Origin: Longimicrobiales bacterium
Lineage (GTDB): Bacteria; Gemmatimonadota; Gemmatimonadetes; Longimicrobiales; Gaopeijiaceae
Length of the DNA stretch: 64,000 nucleotides
Direction of reading: 5' to 3'
Assembly: GCA_965204735.1 (NCBI GenBank)
Contig: OZ242008.1
Span: 192,001 to 256,000, forward strand
Positions 47,737-56,655 of this stretch are shown piece after piece. The notes beneath the pieces were generated by a model, which did not search any database, was not told the DNA's origin, and saw only the letters and a program-made list of their open reading frames with translations. Made by a program: the position numbers and the translations under genes. Position 1 is the first letter of the stretch. Every line of letters starts with the position of its first letter.

Positions 47737-50700
47737 ATGCCGCCTGACCGCCGCCTGATCGAGGCTGCCTTCCCCGTCAAGCAGGTATCCCTCGACTCGG
47801 TTCACGAGAAGAACGTTCGGCACGGGCACATCTCGACGCTTCACATTTGGCCGGCGCGGCGGCCGCTGGCAGCCAGCCGGGCGGCGTTGCTGGCAACGTT
47901 GTTGCCGGAGCCGAAGGGGCGGAAGACAAGGTACGAGTTGCTCCGCCACATGGCAGGGACAGTTGTCGAGGTCACAAACTCGTCGGGGGAGGTGACGCGG
48001 GAGGAGACCAGGGACGGCATCTTTCGATGGGGAAGGGAGGGGCGCGTCCAGGCCGACGACAAGACGCTCGGGCGGATCGAGGCGTACCGGCGCGATGTGG
48101 AGGATGTCTTCGAAGGGCGGGCGCCTCGGGTGCTCGATCCGTTTGCCGGCGGCGGCGCGATCCCGCTGGAGGCGATGCGGCTGGGGTGCGATGCGGTGGC
48201 GGCGGACCTCAGCCCGGTGGCTTGGTTCATCTTGCGCTGCACGCTCCACTACCCGCGGTTGGTTGGCGGAGAGCAGCGGCCGTTTCCGGCGTTTGCGCTT
48301 CGCGACCGGGACTTTGCGGAGAAGTTCTTGAAGGCTCGGGGGCTGAAGAGCCGTGCAGCCCTCAAGGAAGGGCTCGCGACGCTCGGCGATGTCGAGGACC
48401 AGCCGGCAGAGTTGCTGGCGTCCGCAACCGACGTTTCGCCCGACATGCCGGCCAGCTTTGCTTGGCACCTCCGGGCATGGGGCGGCTGGGTGCTCGCCCG
48501 GGCGCGGAAGCGGCTTGCGTCCCGCTATCACACGTACGCGGAGTTCGAGCCCGTGCGTCGGAAGGGCAGGCGACGTGCCAACGCCGGACCGGAGAAGCGC
48601 TACAAGGCAAGGCCGGCGCAGCTGCTCAATCCCGACCATGAAGGCCGAGTGTCGCCCGATGCGCTCAACGCCGAGTTCGACTCGTACTACCTGAAGGACG
48701 AGGACAATCCGCGGTGGGTCGCCAAGCCGACGGTCGCGTACCTCTGGGCGCGGACGACGCGCTGCGCCTCTTGCCGGGCTGAGGTGCCGCTGCTCAAGAC
48801 GCGCTGGCTGTGCAAGAAGGCAAGAAAGCGCGTTCGGCTGACGATGACGGCGGGCGAAGACGGCGTGGTCTTCGGCGTTGAGAACGACGTCCCGGTCGGC
48901 CCCGGCACTCCGGCGCAGAAGCGTGCGCATGATCGGAACTTGGGCGCGGGAACGATGTCCAGCAGTGGCGTCACGTGTCCGTGCTGCGGCGTCATCGCGA
49001 CGATGTCCGACCTTCGGGTCGCCGGGCGTTCTGGACTGCTGGGCGAGCGCTTGACCGCCGTCGTCGTGGACGGCCAGCAGGGCAAGGAGTACCGAGCGCC
49101 AGCCGCCGACGAACTGCGAGCAGCGCATGTTGACGAGGCGGTGCTGGAATCGGCGTTTGCGGGCGTCCCGTTCGGCTTGCCGGACGAGCCGACGCCAAGC
49201 GAAGGCAGCTTGGGCATCCGAACTACCCGCTACGGCTTCGACACTTGGCGGAAGCTCTTCACGAACCGCCAGTTGCTGGCGTTGGGCACGCTGGTCCAGG
49301 AGATCCGCCGTTGCTCCGACGAGATGGCGGATCACTACCCGCTGGAATGGCGCGAAGCCCTGACCGCCTTCCTCGGCCTTACCCTGAGCAAGTTTACCGA
49401 CTACAGCAGCTCTTTATGTTCCTGGCACAATAGTGGCGAGAAACTAAGGAGCACCTTTGCCCGCTTTGCATTGCCGATGGTTTGGGACTACTGCGAAGTC
49501 AATCCCTTATCCAAGACAACCGGGGGCGTCAGTGCCATGACCGAGTGGGTCGCCCGCGTCGCCGAGCACCTGGACGACGCGACCGCTGGCGCGCCCATGC
49601 CCCAAGTGCTGTGCCAGTCCGCCATGGGGCCGCTCCCCGATTCCTTCGACGTCATCTGCACCGACCCGCCGTACTACGACGCCATCCCGTACTCGGACCT
49701 GATGGACTTCTTCCACGTGTGGCTGCGGCGGACGCTGCACGGACTCTCGCCCGAGACCGACGAAGCCTTCGCTGATCCGCTGGGTCCGAAGTGGGACGCG
49801 GAAGCGCAAGACGGCGAGCTGATTGACGATGCGGCCCGCTTCGGCGGCGACAAGAAGGCGTCCAAGCAGAACTACGAAGACGGCATGGCGAGGGCCTTCA
49901 AGAGGTTCTGGGAGGCTCTCCGGGATGACGGCAGATTGGTGATCGTCTTCGCCAACAAGCAGCCCGACGCCTGGGAGACGCTGGTGTCGGCGCTGATCCG
50001 CGCCGGGTTCGTGGTCGTCGGTTCGTGGCCAATCCAGACCGAAATGCAGAACCGCCAGCGGTCGCTTTCGTCGGCGGCCTTGTCGTCGTCGATATGGCTG
50101 GTGTGCAGGAAGCGCCTGCGAACCGCCCGCCCCGGCTGGGACGGCCCGGTGCTCAGCGAGATGAAGCAGAAGATCACGACCCGCCTCCGCGACTTCTGGG
50201 ACGCCGGCATCCGGGGTCCCGACTTCGTCTGGGCCGCCACTGGTCCCGCGTTGGAGGCGTTCAGCAAGCACCCCGTCATCAAGAAAACGGACACGCCCAA
50301 TGAGTTCTTGGCCGTCGCCGACTTCCTCCGGCATGTTCGCCGCATGGTCGTGGGCTTCGTGGTCAGCCGGCTGTTCGGCGAGGACGACGCCCCCGTGCAG
50401 GACCTGGACGACCCGACCACCTACTACCTCTTGCACCGCAGCGACTTCGGCATGGAACCGGCGCCGGCGGGCGCGTGCATCCTCTACGCCCTCTCTTGCA
50501 ACGTCTCCGACACGGACTTGGCCGGCCGCCACGACATCCTGCTCCGAGGCGGCGACCGCCGGAGCGCGCAGACCGAAGCCGACACCCCGGACTCACCCGC
50601 CGCCGGTTCCCCGGCCGTCTCCGGCAACCAAGCTCGGCTCAAGCCCTGGAACTGCCGCCGCTCCAAGACCCTGGGCGAACCGTCGTCCACGGGCACGCCC

Positions 50701-50943
50701 CCGCCCCTGATCGACTGCCTGCACAAGCTCATGCAGCTGTGGAAGACCGGCGAGCAGTCCCGCGTCGACGCCTACTTGGACATCCGCGGCCTCTGGCGTC
50801 ACGACCTCTTCGCCAAGCTCGTGCAGGCCCTCATCGAACTGGCCCCCGCCAACTCCGAGGAGCGTGCGACCATGGAGTACATCCAGAACCACCTCCGCAT
50901 GCGGGGTCCCGTCCCCGGCGCGTACCAACCGTCCCTCCTGTAG
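47737..50943 (+). CDS. DUF1156-containing adenine-specific DNA methyltransferase
   Basis: LHIWPARRPLAASRA, DPFAGGGAIPLEA, Zn ribbon CASC/CPCC, TDPPYYD. Confidence 0.92.
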   Translation: MPPDRRLIEAAFPVKQVSLDSVHEKNVRHGHISTLHIWPARRPLAASRAALLATLLPEPKGRKTRYELLRHMAGTVVEVTNSSGEVTREETRDGIFRWGREGRVQADDKTLGRIEAYRRDVEDVFEGRAPRVLDPFAGGGAIPLEAMRLGCDAVAADLSPVAWFILRCTLHYPRLVGGEQRPFPAFALRDRDFAEKFLKARGLKSRAALKEGLATLGDVEDQPAELLASATDVSPDMPASFAWHLRAWGGWVLARARKRLASRYHTYAEFEPVRRKGRRRANAGPEKRYKARPAQLLNPDHEGRVSPDALNAEFDSYYLKDEDNPRWVAKPTVAYLWARTTRCASCRAEVPLLKTRWLCKKARKRVRLTMTAGEDGVVFGVENDVPVGPGTPAQKRAHDRNLGAGTMSSSGVTCPCCGVIATMSDLRVAGRSGLLGERLTAVVVDGQQGKEYRAPAADELRAAHVDEAVLESAFAGVPFGLPDEPTPSEGSLGIRTTRYGFDTWRKLFTNRQLLALGTLVQEIRRCSDEMADHYPLEWREALTAFLGLTLSKFTDYSSSLCSWHNSGEKLRSTFARFALPMVWDYCEVNPLSKTTGGVSAMTEWVARVAEHLDDATAGAPMPQVLCQSAMGPLPDSFDVICTDPPYYDAIPYSDLMDFFHVWLRRTLHGLSPETDEAFADPLGPKWDAEAQDGELIDDAARFGGDKKASKQNYEDGMARAFKRFWEALRDDGRLVIVFANKQPDAWETLVSALIRAGFVVVGSWPIQTEMQNRQRSLSSAALSSSIWLVCRKRLRTARPGWDGPVLSEMKQKITTRLRDFWDAGIRGPDFVWAATGPALEAFSKHPVIKKTDTPNEFLAVADFLRHVRRMVVGFVVSRLFGEDDAPVQDLDDPTTYYLLHRSDFGMEPAPAGACILYALSCNVSDTDLAGRHDILLRGGDRRSAQTEADTPDSPAAGSPAVSGNQARLKPWNCRRSKTLGEPSSTGTPPPLIDCLHKLMQLWKTGEQSRVDAYLDIRGLWRHDLFAKLVQALIELAPANSEERATMEYIQNHLRMRGPVPGAYQPSLL

Positions 50944-50949
50944 GTCTCC

Positions 50950-51127
50950 TTGACATGCCCCGAACCCGATCGACATATTCTGGTCACAGAGCTTGTTCGT
51001 GAGCGTGCTGACGATGGGCGAGCTTCGCAGGGGCGCCGAGCACCTGAGCGGGCGGAGACGCCGCAACGTCGAGGACTTCGAACCGACGGGCCTCGACCTG
51101 CTGAACCCTTGGGTCCCGTCGTGCTAG
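50950..51127 (+). pseudogene. Internally deleted PIN-domain (VapC-like) toxin remnant
   Basis: Own translation 50990-51127: SLFVSVLTMGELRRGAEHLSGRR|RRNVEDFEPTGLDLLNPW*; mid and C-terminal VapC motifs joined directly. Confidence 0.7.
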
Positions 51128-51176
51128 CCCGTCGTCACGCCGCCCCGGCCTGCGAGCATGGGGAGAGGGGCGGGCC

Positions 51177-52466
51177 ATGATCACTCGGATCCAAGCGCTA
51201 AACTACCGCTGTCTCCGTTATGTGGACGTGACGCTCGACCGCTTCCACGTTCTGGTCGGCCCCAATGCCAGCGGCAAGAGCACTCTGTTCGACGTCGTGT
51301 CGTTCATGAGCGACTTCGTTCGGGATGGGCTGGAAAAGGCGATCTCGAACCGCACGTACAACTTCCAGGACCTCGTGTGGGGCAGGCCGACGGAAGAGCT
51401 GAGCTTTGAGCTTGCCCTGGAAATCGCAGTTCCTGCAGACTTGCGAGGCCATGTTCCCACCAACCAGGAGTTCAATACGTATCGCTACGAGATCGCGGTT
51501 GGAGAGGTCGCCGAAAACATTCAGCACATCTACGACGAACGGGGAATACTGATCTCCAACCAATCGCCGCTGGCCGCGTCGCAAACTCCCCGACGCTCCT
51601 TCCCCGGGCCATCGCAGCCCCCCAAGACGATCTTGTCCGGAGTCCGGCACGACCACTCACTAGTGGTACTTGAGCGTGGTTTTGGTCAACTCACCTTCAG
51701 AGCCGAAGATCAGATTCCAGCAAGACTGAAGGACGAGGTGCCAGCCAGCACGGTACTTGGGCAACTGCCGACTGACCCCCTAATGTCCCATCTTCGACTC
51801 CTCGACGAGACTCGCTCTCCGGTCTCCAGGTACTTCTATTCCCTACTCTCTGCTGGCATAAACTCAGTATTCTTGGACAGCGGTACAATGCGAGCACCAA
51901 GCGGTTTCGCGTCCGGTCGAAACCCGTTGGCCTTGCGCGGTGCAAGACTGCCATGGACGGTGAAGGATGTTCTGGAGAATGACAGGGAGCTCTACAATGC
52001 TTGGATGAATCATGTCCAAGTAGAGATGGAAGACCTGGTCGGCGTCCGTGTCGTCCATCGCCCCGAAGATCGCACACATTACCTGATGCTGGAGTACAGC
52101 ACCGGCGTCGAGATTCCGTCGTGGATGGCATCCGATGGCACCTTGCGGTTCCTCGCCCTCATGTTGGCCGCGTACATGGCCGACAAGGATCAAGTGTACC
52201 TGCTGGACGAGCCAGAGAACGGCGTTCACCTCTCGGCGCTCGACGCCATCTATGACGCTACTTCCTCTGCCGGCGCCTCCCAGATTCTCGTTGCAACCCA
52301 TTCTCCCGCGTTTCTGTCCAAGGCCAGTCCCGAAGACGTAATTTGCTGTGCCAAAGACGCGGAAGGTGCCACGGACGTCGTCAGAGGCGACTGCCACCCC
52401 ATAGTCCATGAGTGGCAGGGGGCTGTAAACATGGACGTGTTCTTTGCCAAAGGAGTCGTCGAATGA
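51177..52466 (+). CDS. ABC/AAA_21-type ATPase (MAD3-like)
   Basis: NYRCLR, GPNASGKS, SDGTLRFL, LLDEPENG, ATHSP. Confidence 0.88.
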   Translation: MITRIQALNYRCLRYVDVTLDRFHVLVGPNASGKSTLFDVVSFMSDFVRDGLEKAISNRTYNFQDLVWGRPTEELSFELALEIAVPADLRGHVPTNQEFNTYRYEIAVGEVAENIQHIYDERGILISNQSPLAASQTPRRSFPGPSQPPKTILSGVRHDHSLVVLERGFGQLTFRAEDQIPARLKDEVPASTVLGQLPTDPLMSHLRLLDETRSPVSRYFYSLLSAGINSVFLDSGTMRAPSGFASGRNPLALRGARLPWTVKDVLENDRELYNAWMNHVQVEMEDLVGVRVVHRPEDRTHYLMLEYSTGVEIPSWMASDGTLRFLALMLAAYMADKDQVYLLDEPENGVHLSALDAIYDATSSAGASQILVATHSPAFLSKASPEDVICCAKDAEGATDVVRGDCHPIVHEWQGAVNMDVFFAKGVVE

Positions 52467-53116
52467 AGCCGACGCTTGGTATCGGCGATCTGATCGTACT
52501 GGTTGCCGACACCGACATGATGTGGACGATGAGAACATTGCTGACCCGCACGGAAGCACTCGGCGCAGCGTGTTTCGGATTCACCGTGGAGAAGCACCCC
52601 GGCCGAGATCCCGGGTGCCGAACCGACGCCGTGGAGTTCTTGCGTCGGCACTTGGGCAAGTACAGTCACTGTCTCGTGATCTTTGACCACCACGGTTGCG
52701 GAAGCAGGGATTCGAGAGATCGAATTCGGGCACGACTTGAAGCCGAACTCGCCCGCAATGGATGGAACAACCGGGCGGACGTGATTGTAATTCAACCAGA
52801 ACTCGAAGCATGGTTCTGGGGCGACCTGGCGGCATCCGCCAACATTCTCGGCTGGGCCGGAGACGCTCAGGAAATGCGTGCTTGTTTGGCGGCAAAGGGA
52901 TTGTGGCCAGATGGCCATGCCAAACCGCCGACGCCGAAGAAGGCGATGACAGAGGCCATACGCCGCGCTCCTTCCGGCCGGCCGCTCCGACGGAACGCTC
53001 GCATGTTTGAAGACATGGCGGCGGTTGCCGAAGTGGGCGAATGCCGGGATCCCGCCTTCCAGGAACTCCTCGCTACGCTGCGCCGCTGGTTCCCCAAACC
53101 CGAAACGCACCCATGA
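52463..53116 (+). CDS. TOPRIM-like partner protein (MAD4/DUF4276-like)
   Basis: DLIVLVAD.DM, HPGRDPGC, LVIFDHHGCG, PELEAWFW, C.DPAF; ATGA-coupled to the ATPase. Confidence 0.7.
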   Translation: MKPTLGIGDLIVLVADTDMMWTMRTLLTRTEALGAACFGFTVEKHPGRDPGCRTDAVEFLRRHLGKYSHCLVIFDHHGCGSRDSRDRIRARLEAELARNGWNNRADVIVIQPELEAWFWGDLAASANILGWAGDAQEMRACLAAKGLWPDGHAKPPTPKKAMTEAIRRAPSGRPLRRNARMFEDMAAVAEVGECRDPAFQELLATLRRWFPKPETHP

Positions 53117-56100
53117 AGCCCAAGCCCTGGACCGTCCTCGTCAGCCTCAAGGACGAACTCCGCAGCGGGGAACTCACGCTGGCCCAGTTCGCCGCCGATC
53201 TTCACGAGGTCGCGCTGGCGCGGGGAAAGCGTCCCATCTACGAGAACCCGGCCCAGTTCTTCGACCTCACCTTCCCGACGCCGCCGCTCCGCGAGCTGGT
53301 CAAGGACGTGGCGCTTCGCCTCTCCGGCAAGACCGACCGGGCGATCCGGCAGCTGGAGCTCACCTACGGCGGAGGCAAGACCCACACGCTGATCACGCTG
53401 TACCACCTCTTCCGCGACCCCGGGGCGTTGCCGGAGTCGCCCACGGCGACGGCGTTCCGCGAGCATGTGGGCGAGGACCTGCCGCAGGCGTTCGTCGCCA
53501 CGCTGTGCTTCGACAAGATCGACGCCGAGAAGGGCATCGAAGACGTGCGCGCACCGGACGGCGAGCGGCGCACCCTCAAGCATCCGTGGAGCGTGCTGGC
53601 CTTTCAGCTTGCAGGCGCCGACGGACTGCGCGCCGTCCACGCGGACGACAAGGACGAAGAACGAGAGACGCCGCCGGCCGAGCCGCTCCTCGTCAAGTTG
53701 CTCGAAGTTCCCGGCCGCGACGGCCTGGGCACGTTGATTTTGGTGGACGAAGTGCTGATGTACGCTCGCGAGAAGGCTGGACTCGATCCGGTCTGGCGCG
53801 ACCGCATCCGCGACTTCTTCCAGTACCTGAACCAGGCCGTCGCCAAGGTGGACCGGGCGGCGATCGTGGCGTCTCTTCTCGCCACCGACCCGTCGAAGGA
53901 ACAGGGCGACATGGGCGGCCTTCTCAAGAGCGACTTGTTCGCGGTCTTCCGGCGGCAGCGCGAGGAAGGCGTCCAGCCCGTGCGCAAGGAAGATGTGGCG
54001 GAGGTGCTGCGGCGACGCTTCTTCCAGGAGATGCCCGACGACGACGCGCGGCGCAACCAAGCCATCGCGGTCGTTCGCGGCTTGGCCAAGCTCGACGAGA
54101 CGATCGCGAAGGACAAGGCCGGGGCAGAGGACCGCTTCGTCCAGAGCTTCCCCTTCCACCCCGACATGACCGACGTCTTCTACAGCCGCTGGACCCAGCT
54201 GGACGACTTCCAGCGGACCCGCGGCATCCTGCGCACACTTGCGACGGCGCTCCGGGAGGCCGAGAAGTGGGACCGCAGCCCCGTCGTGGGAGCGTCGGCC
54301 CTCTTGGCGGCGCCCGGCGAGGAAAGCGTCTCGATGGCTCTGAGCGAGCTCGCCAACACCGCGAACTCGGCCACGGCGGGGAAGACCGCCGACTGGGGCA
54401 AGCTGCTGCAGGCCGAGTTCGACAAGGCGCGCCTGGTTCAGAGCGACCATCGGGACCTGGAGCGGAACCGCGAAGTCGAGCAGGCCGTCGTCTCGGTGTT
54501 CCTGCACTCGCCGCGCGGCGGCAAGGTCACGACGTTCGAGCTGCAACGGTTGGCGGGAACCTCGGGACCCGACGCCATCGAGTTCGAGAAGGGACTGCTC
54601 CGCTGGCGCGACGTCTCGTGGTTCCTGGACGACGAGGACTCGAACGACGACGAGCAGAGCCTCCCCAAGGAGTGGCGGTTGGGCACGCGCCCCAACCTGC
54701 GCAACATGCACGACGAAGCTTGTGCGCGGCGCGTCACCGACGCCGATGTGACGGAGCGCCTGCTGCAAACCGTGCGCAAGTGCCGGAGCAAGCTGGACGG
54801 GGGCGCGGCCGCGGCGGGCGCGAAGTGCCATCTGCTCCCCGCTTCGCCCGCCGATGTGGCCGACGACGGGGACTTTCACTACGTGATCCTCGGCCCCGAA
54901 GCGACATCGGATTCGGGGCGTCCCAGCGCCGCGGCCAAGCGCTGCATCGACGTCAAGTCCGACCGGGGCCAGCCGCGAGTCGCCCGTAACTCGCTCGTCT
55001 TGGCCGTCCCTTCGCGAAACGGGTTGGAAGCGGCCCGCATGCAAGTGCGTTCGCTGCTGGGTTGGGAGCATGTGGACGCCCAGCTGCGCAACACGAACGT
55101 GGACCCGCTGCGCGCCGAGCGTCTGCGCCGCCAACTTCGCGAAGCGCGCAACCGCGTTCCGGACGTCGTGCGCCAAGCGTACGGGGTCGTCGTGACGGTC
55201 AACGAGGAAAACGCGGTCCACGCCTTCAAGCTGCCGGCAAGCGCGGAGCCTCTGTTCCCCCAAATCAAGAACGACGAGCGCTCCCGCATCAAGGAAACGG
55301 CGGTGGACGCCGAAGCGCTGTTGCCCGGCGGACCCTACAACCTCTGGCGAGAAGACGAAGAGGCCAGGTTCGTGAAGGACTTGGCGGCCCCGTTCGCCCG
55401 CGACCCGCGCCTGCCCAAGCTCCTCGACACGCGGATACTGCTGAGCACGGTCCTGCAGGGCGTCGAGCGGGGGCTGCTTGTCGCTCGGCTGGTGCGGCCC
55501 GACGGGACTCGACGCACATGGTGGCGCGAACCCGTGGAATCGTCGGCGGCAGCGGACCCGGCGCTGGAAGCCGTCCTGCCGGAGAAGGCGCAACTGGAGA
55601 GCCTGCACGTGCATCTCCTGGCCCCCGGCCGCTTGCCCGGCCTCTGGCCTTCCGACGCCGAGTCGGCCGCCGAGCGGCGTCTTCCCGTCCGCGACCTGCT
55701 CGCCTGCTTCGCCGGCGGACACGTTGTCCAAGTGGCCAAGCAAGGCTACGACGACGTGCTCGCGGTTCCCGCTTGCTCTCCCGACATCGTTCTCGAAGCG
55801 GTCCGCGAAGCCGTGGAGGCGGGCGCGCTCTGGCTCGTCAACGGCCCGAGTTCCTGCTGGAAGGACGACATACCCGTGGGCGTGCTGGACAAGGACGCGG
55901 TGCTCCGGCCCCCGCCCGCCCTGGTCCCCGTGCAGGAGTTCACCGAAGAGGCGCTGCCCGGCGCATGGAAGGACGGCGAGACGAACGGCGCCGCCATCGG
56001 GCGCGCCCTGTCCCACCAGCGCGGCGAGCCCGTGCCCTGGGGTCTTGTGCGCGAGAGCATCTCGGAGGCGGTCAACAGCCGGTGGCTGGACGTGGTGAGC

Positions 56101-56412
56101 GGGGGAGCGGCAGGCGGCTACGTGACCGCCGGTGCATGGCGGTTGACGCAGCCGAAGGCCCGGCCCTCGTCCTCTGGGGCCGGCCCGGCGCCGGAGTCGC
56201 CCGCGACGCCGACCACAGCCATGGACGTATCGCAGCTCCTCGACCTGGCCCAGGTCGCCCCGAAGCTTCTGGAGGCCAGCGCGGGCCACGGCCTTTGCTT
56301 CCACGTGGGCGTCTCGCTGGACGCCGACGCGCCCGCCGGCCCGCGCAAGGCGGTGGACGGCCTGCTGGAAGAGGTGGCGCCCGGCTTCAGGAGCGGCTCG
56401 GAACCGGCCTAG
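53113..56412 (+). CDS. DUF499 AAA+ ATPase
   Basis: QFAADL, FFDLTFPT, YGGGKTH Walker A, LILVDE Walker B, FPFHP, FQRTRGILR. Confidence 0.9.
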   Translation: MKPKPWTVLVSLKDELRSGELTLAQFAADLHEVALARGKRPIYENPAQFFDLTFPTPPLRELVKDVALRLSGKTDRAIRQLELTYGGGKTHTLITLYHLFRDPGALPESPTATAFREHVGEDLPQAFVATLCFDKIDAEKGIEDVRAPDGERRTLKHPWSVLAFQLAGADGLRAVHADDKDEERETPPAEPLLVKLLEVPGRDGLGTLILVDEVLMYAREKAGLDPVWRDRIRDFFQYLNQAVAKVDRAAIVASLLATDPSKEQGDMGGLLKSDLFAVFRRQREEGVQPVRKEDVAEVLRRRFFQEMPDDDARRNQAIAVVRGLAKLDETIAKDKAGAEDRFVQSFPFHPDMTDVFYSRWTQLDDFQRTRGILRTLATALREAEKWDRSPVVGASALLAAPGEESVSMALSELANTANSATAGKTADWGKLLQAEFDKARLVQSDHRDLERNREVEQAVVSVFLHSPRGGKVTTFELQRLAGTSGPDAIEFEKGLLRWRDVSWFLDDEDSNDDEQSLPKEWRLGTRPNLRNMHDEACARRVTDADVTERLLQTVRKCRSKLDGGAAAAGAKCHLLPASPADVADDGDFHYVILGPEATSDSGRPSAAAKRCIDVKSDRGQPRVARNSLVLAVPSRNGLEAARMQVRSLLGWEHVDAQLRNTNVDPLRAERLRRQLREARNRVPDVVRQAYGVVVTVNEENAVHAFKLPASAEPLFPQIKNDERSRIKETAVDAEALLPGGPYNLWREDEEARFVKDLAAPFARDPRLPKLLDTRILLSTVLQGVERGLLVARLVRPDGTRRTWWREPVESSAAADPALEAVLPEKAQLESLHVHLLAPGRLPGLWPSDAESAAERRLPVRDLLACFAGGHVVQVAKQGYDDVLAVPACSPDIVLEAVREAVEAGALWLVNGPSSCWKDDIPVGVLDKDAVLRPPPALVPVQEFTEEALPGAWKDGETNGAAIGRALSHQRGEPVPWGLVRESISEAVNSRWLDVVSGGAAGGYVTAGAWRLTQPKARPSSSGAGPAPESPATPTTAMDVSQLLDLAQVAPKLLEASAGHGLCFHVGVSLDADAPAGPRKAVDGLLEEVAPGFRSGSEPA

Positions 56413-56655
56413 CGGAGCGGACTGGGGGCCGGCACGAGCGCGGGCGCAACGCTCGCGTGGCCGGTCCCGCTGCCGGGGCCGGGTTGCCCTCGCCGTCCGG
56501 GACGCTGTTATATTCCGAGCTTGCGGAGATTCACCGAGCCGCAAGACCACGCCGACCGACTTGCTCCGGGGCGCGCGCCGCGCCGGAGGCGGGGCAGCGG
56601 GGATCCTCCCGGCGCCCGCCGGATCGGCTGTCCACCAGGGTACAGGAGCCCCGAG

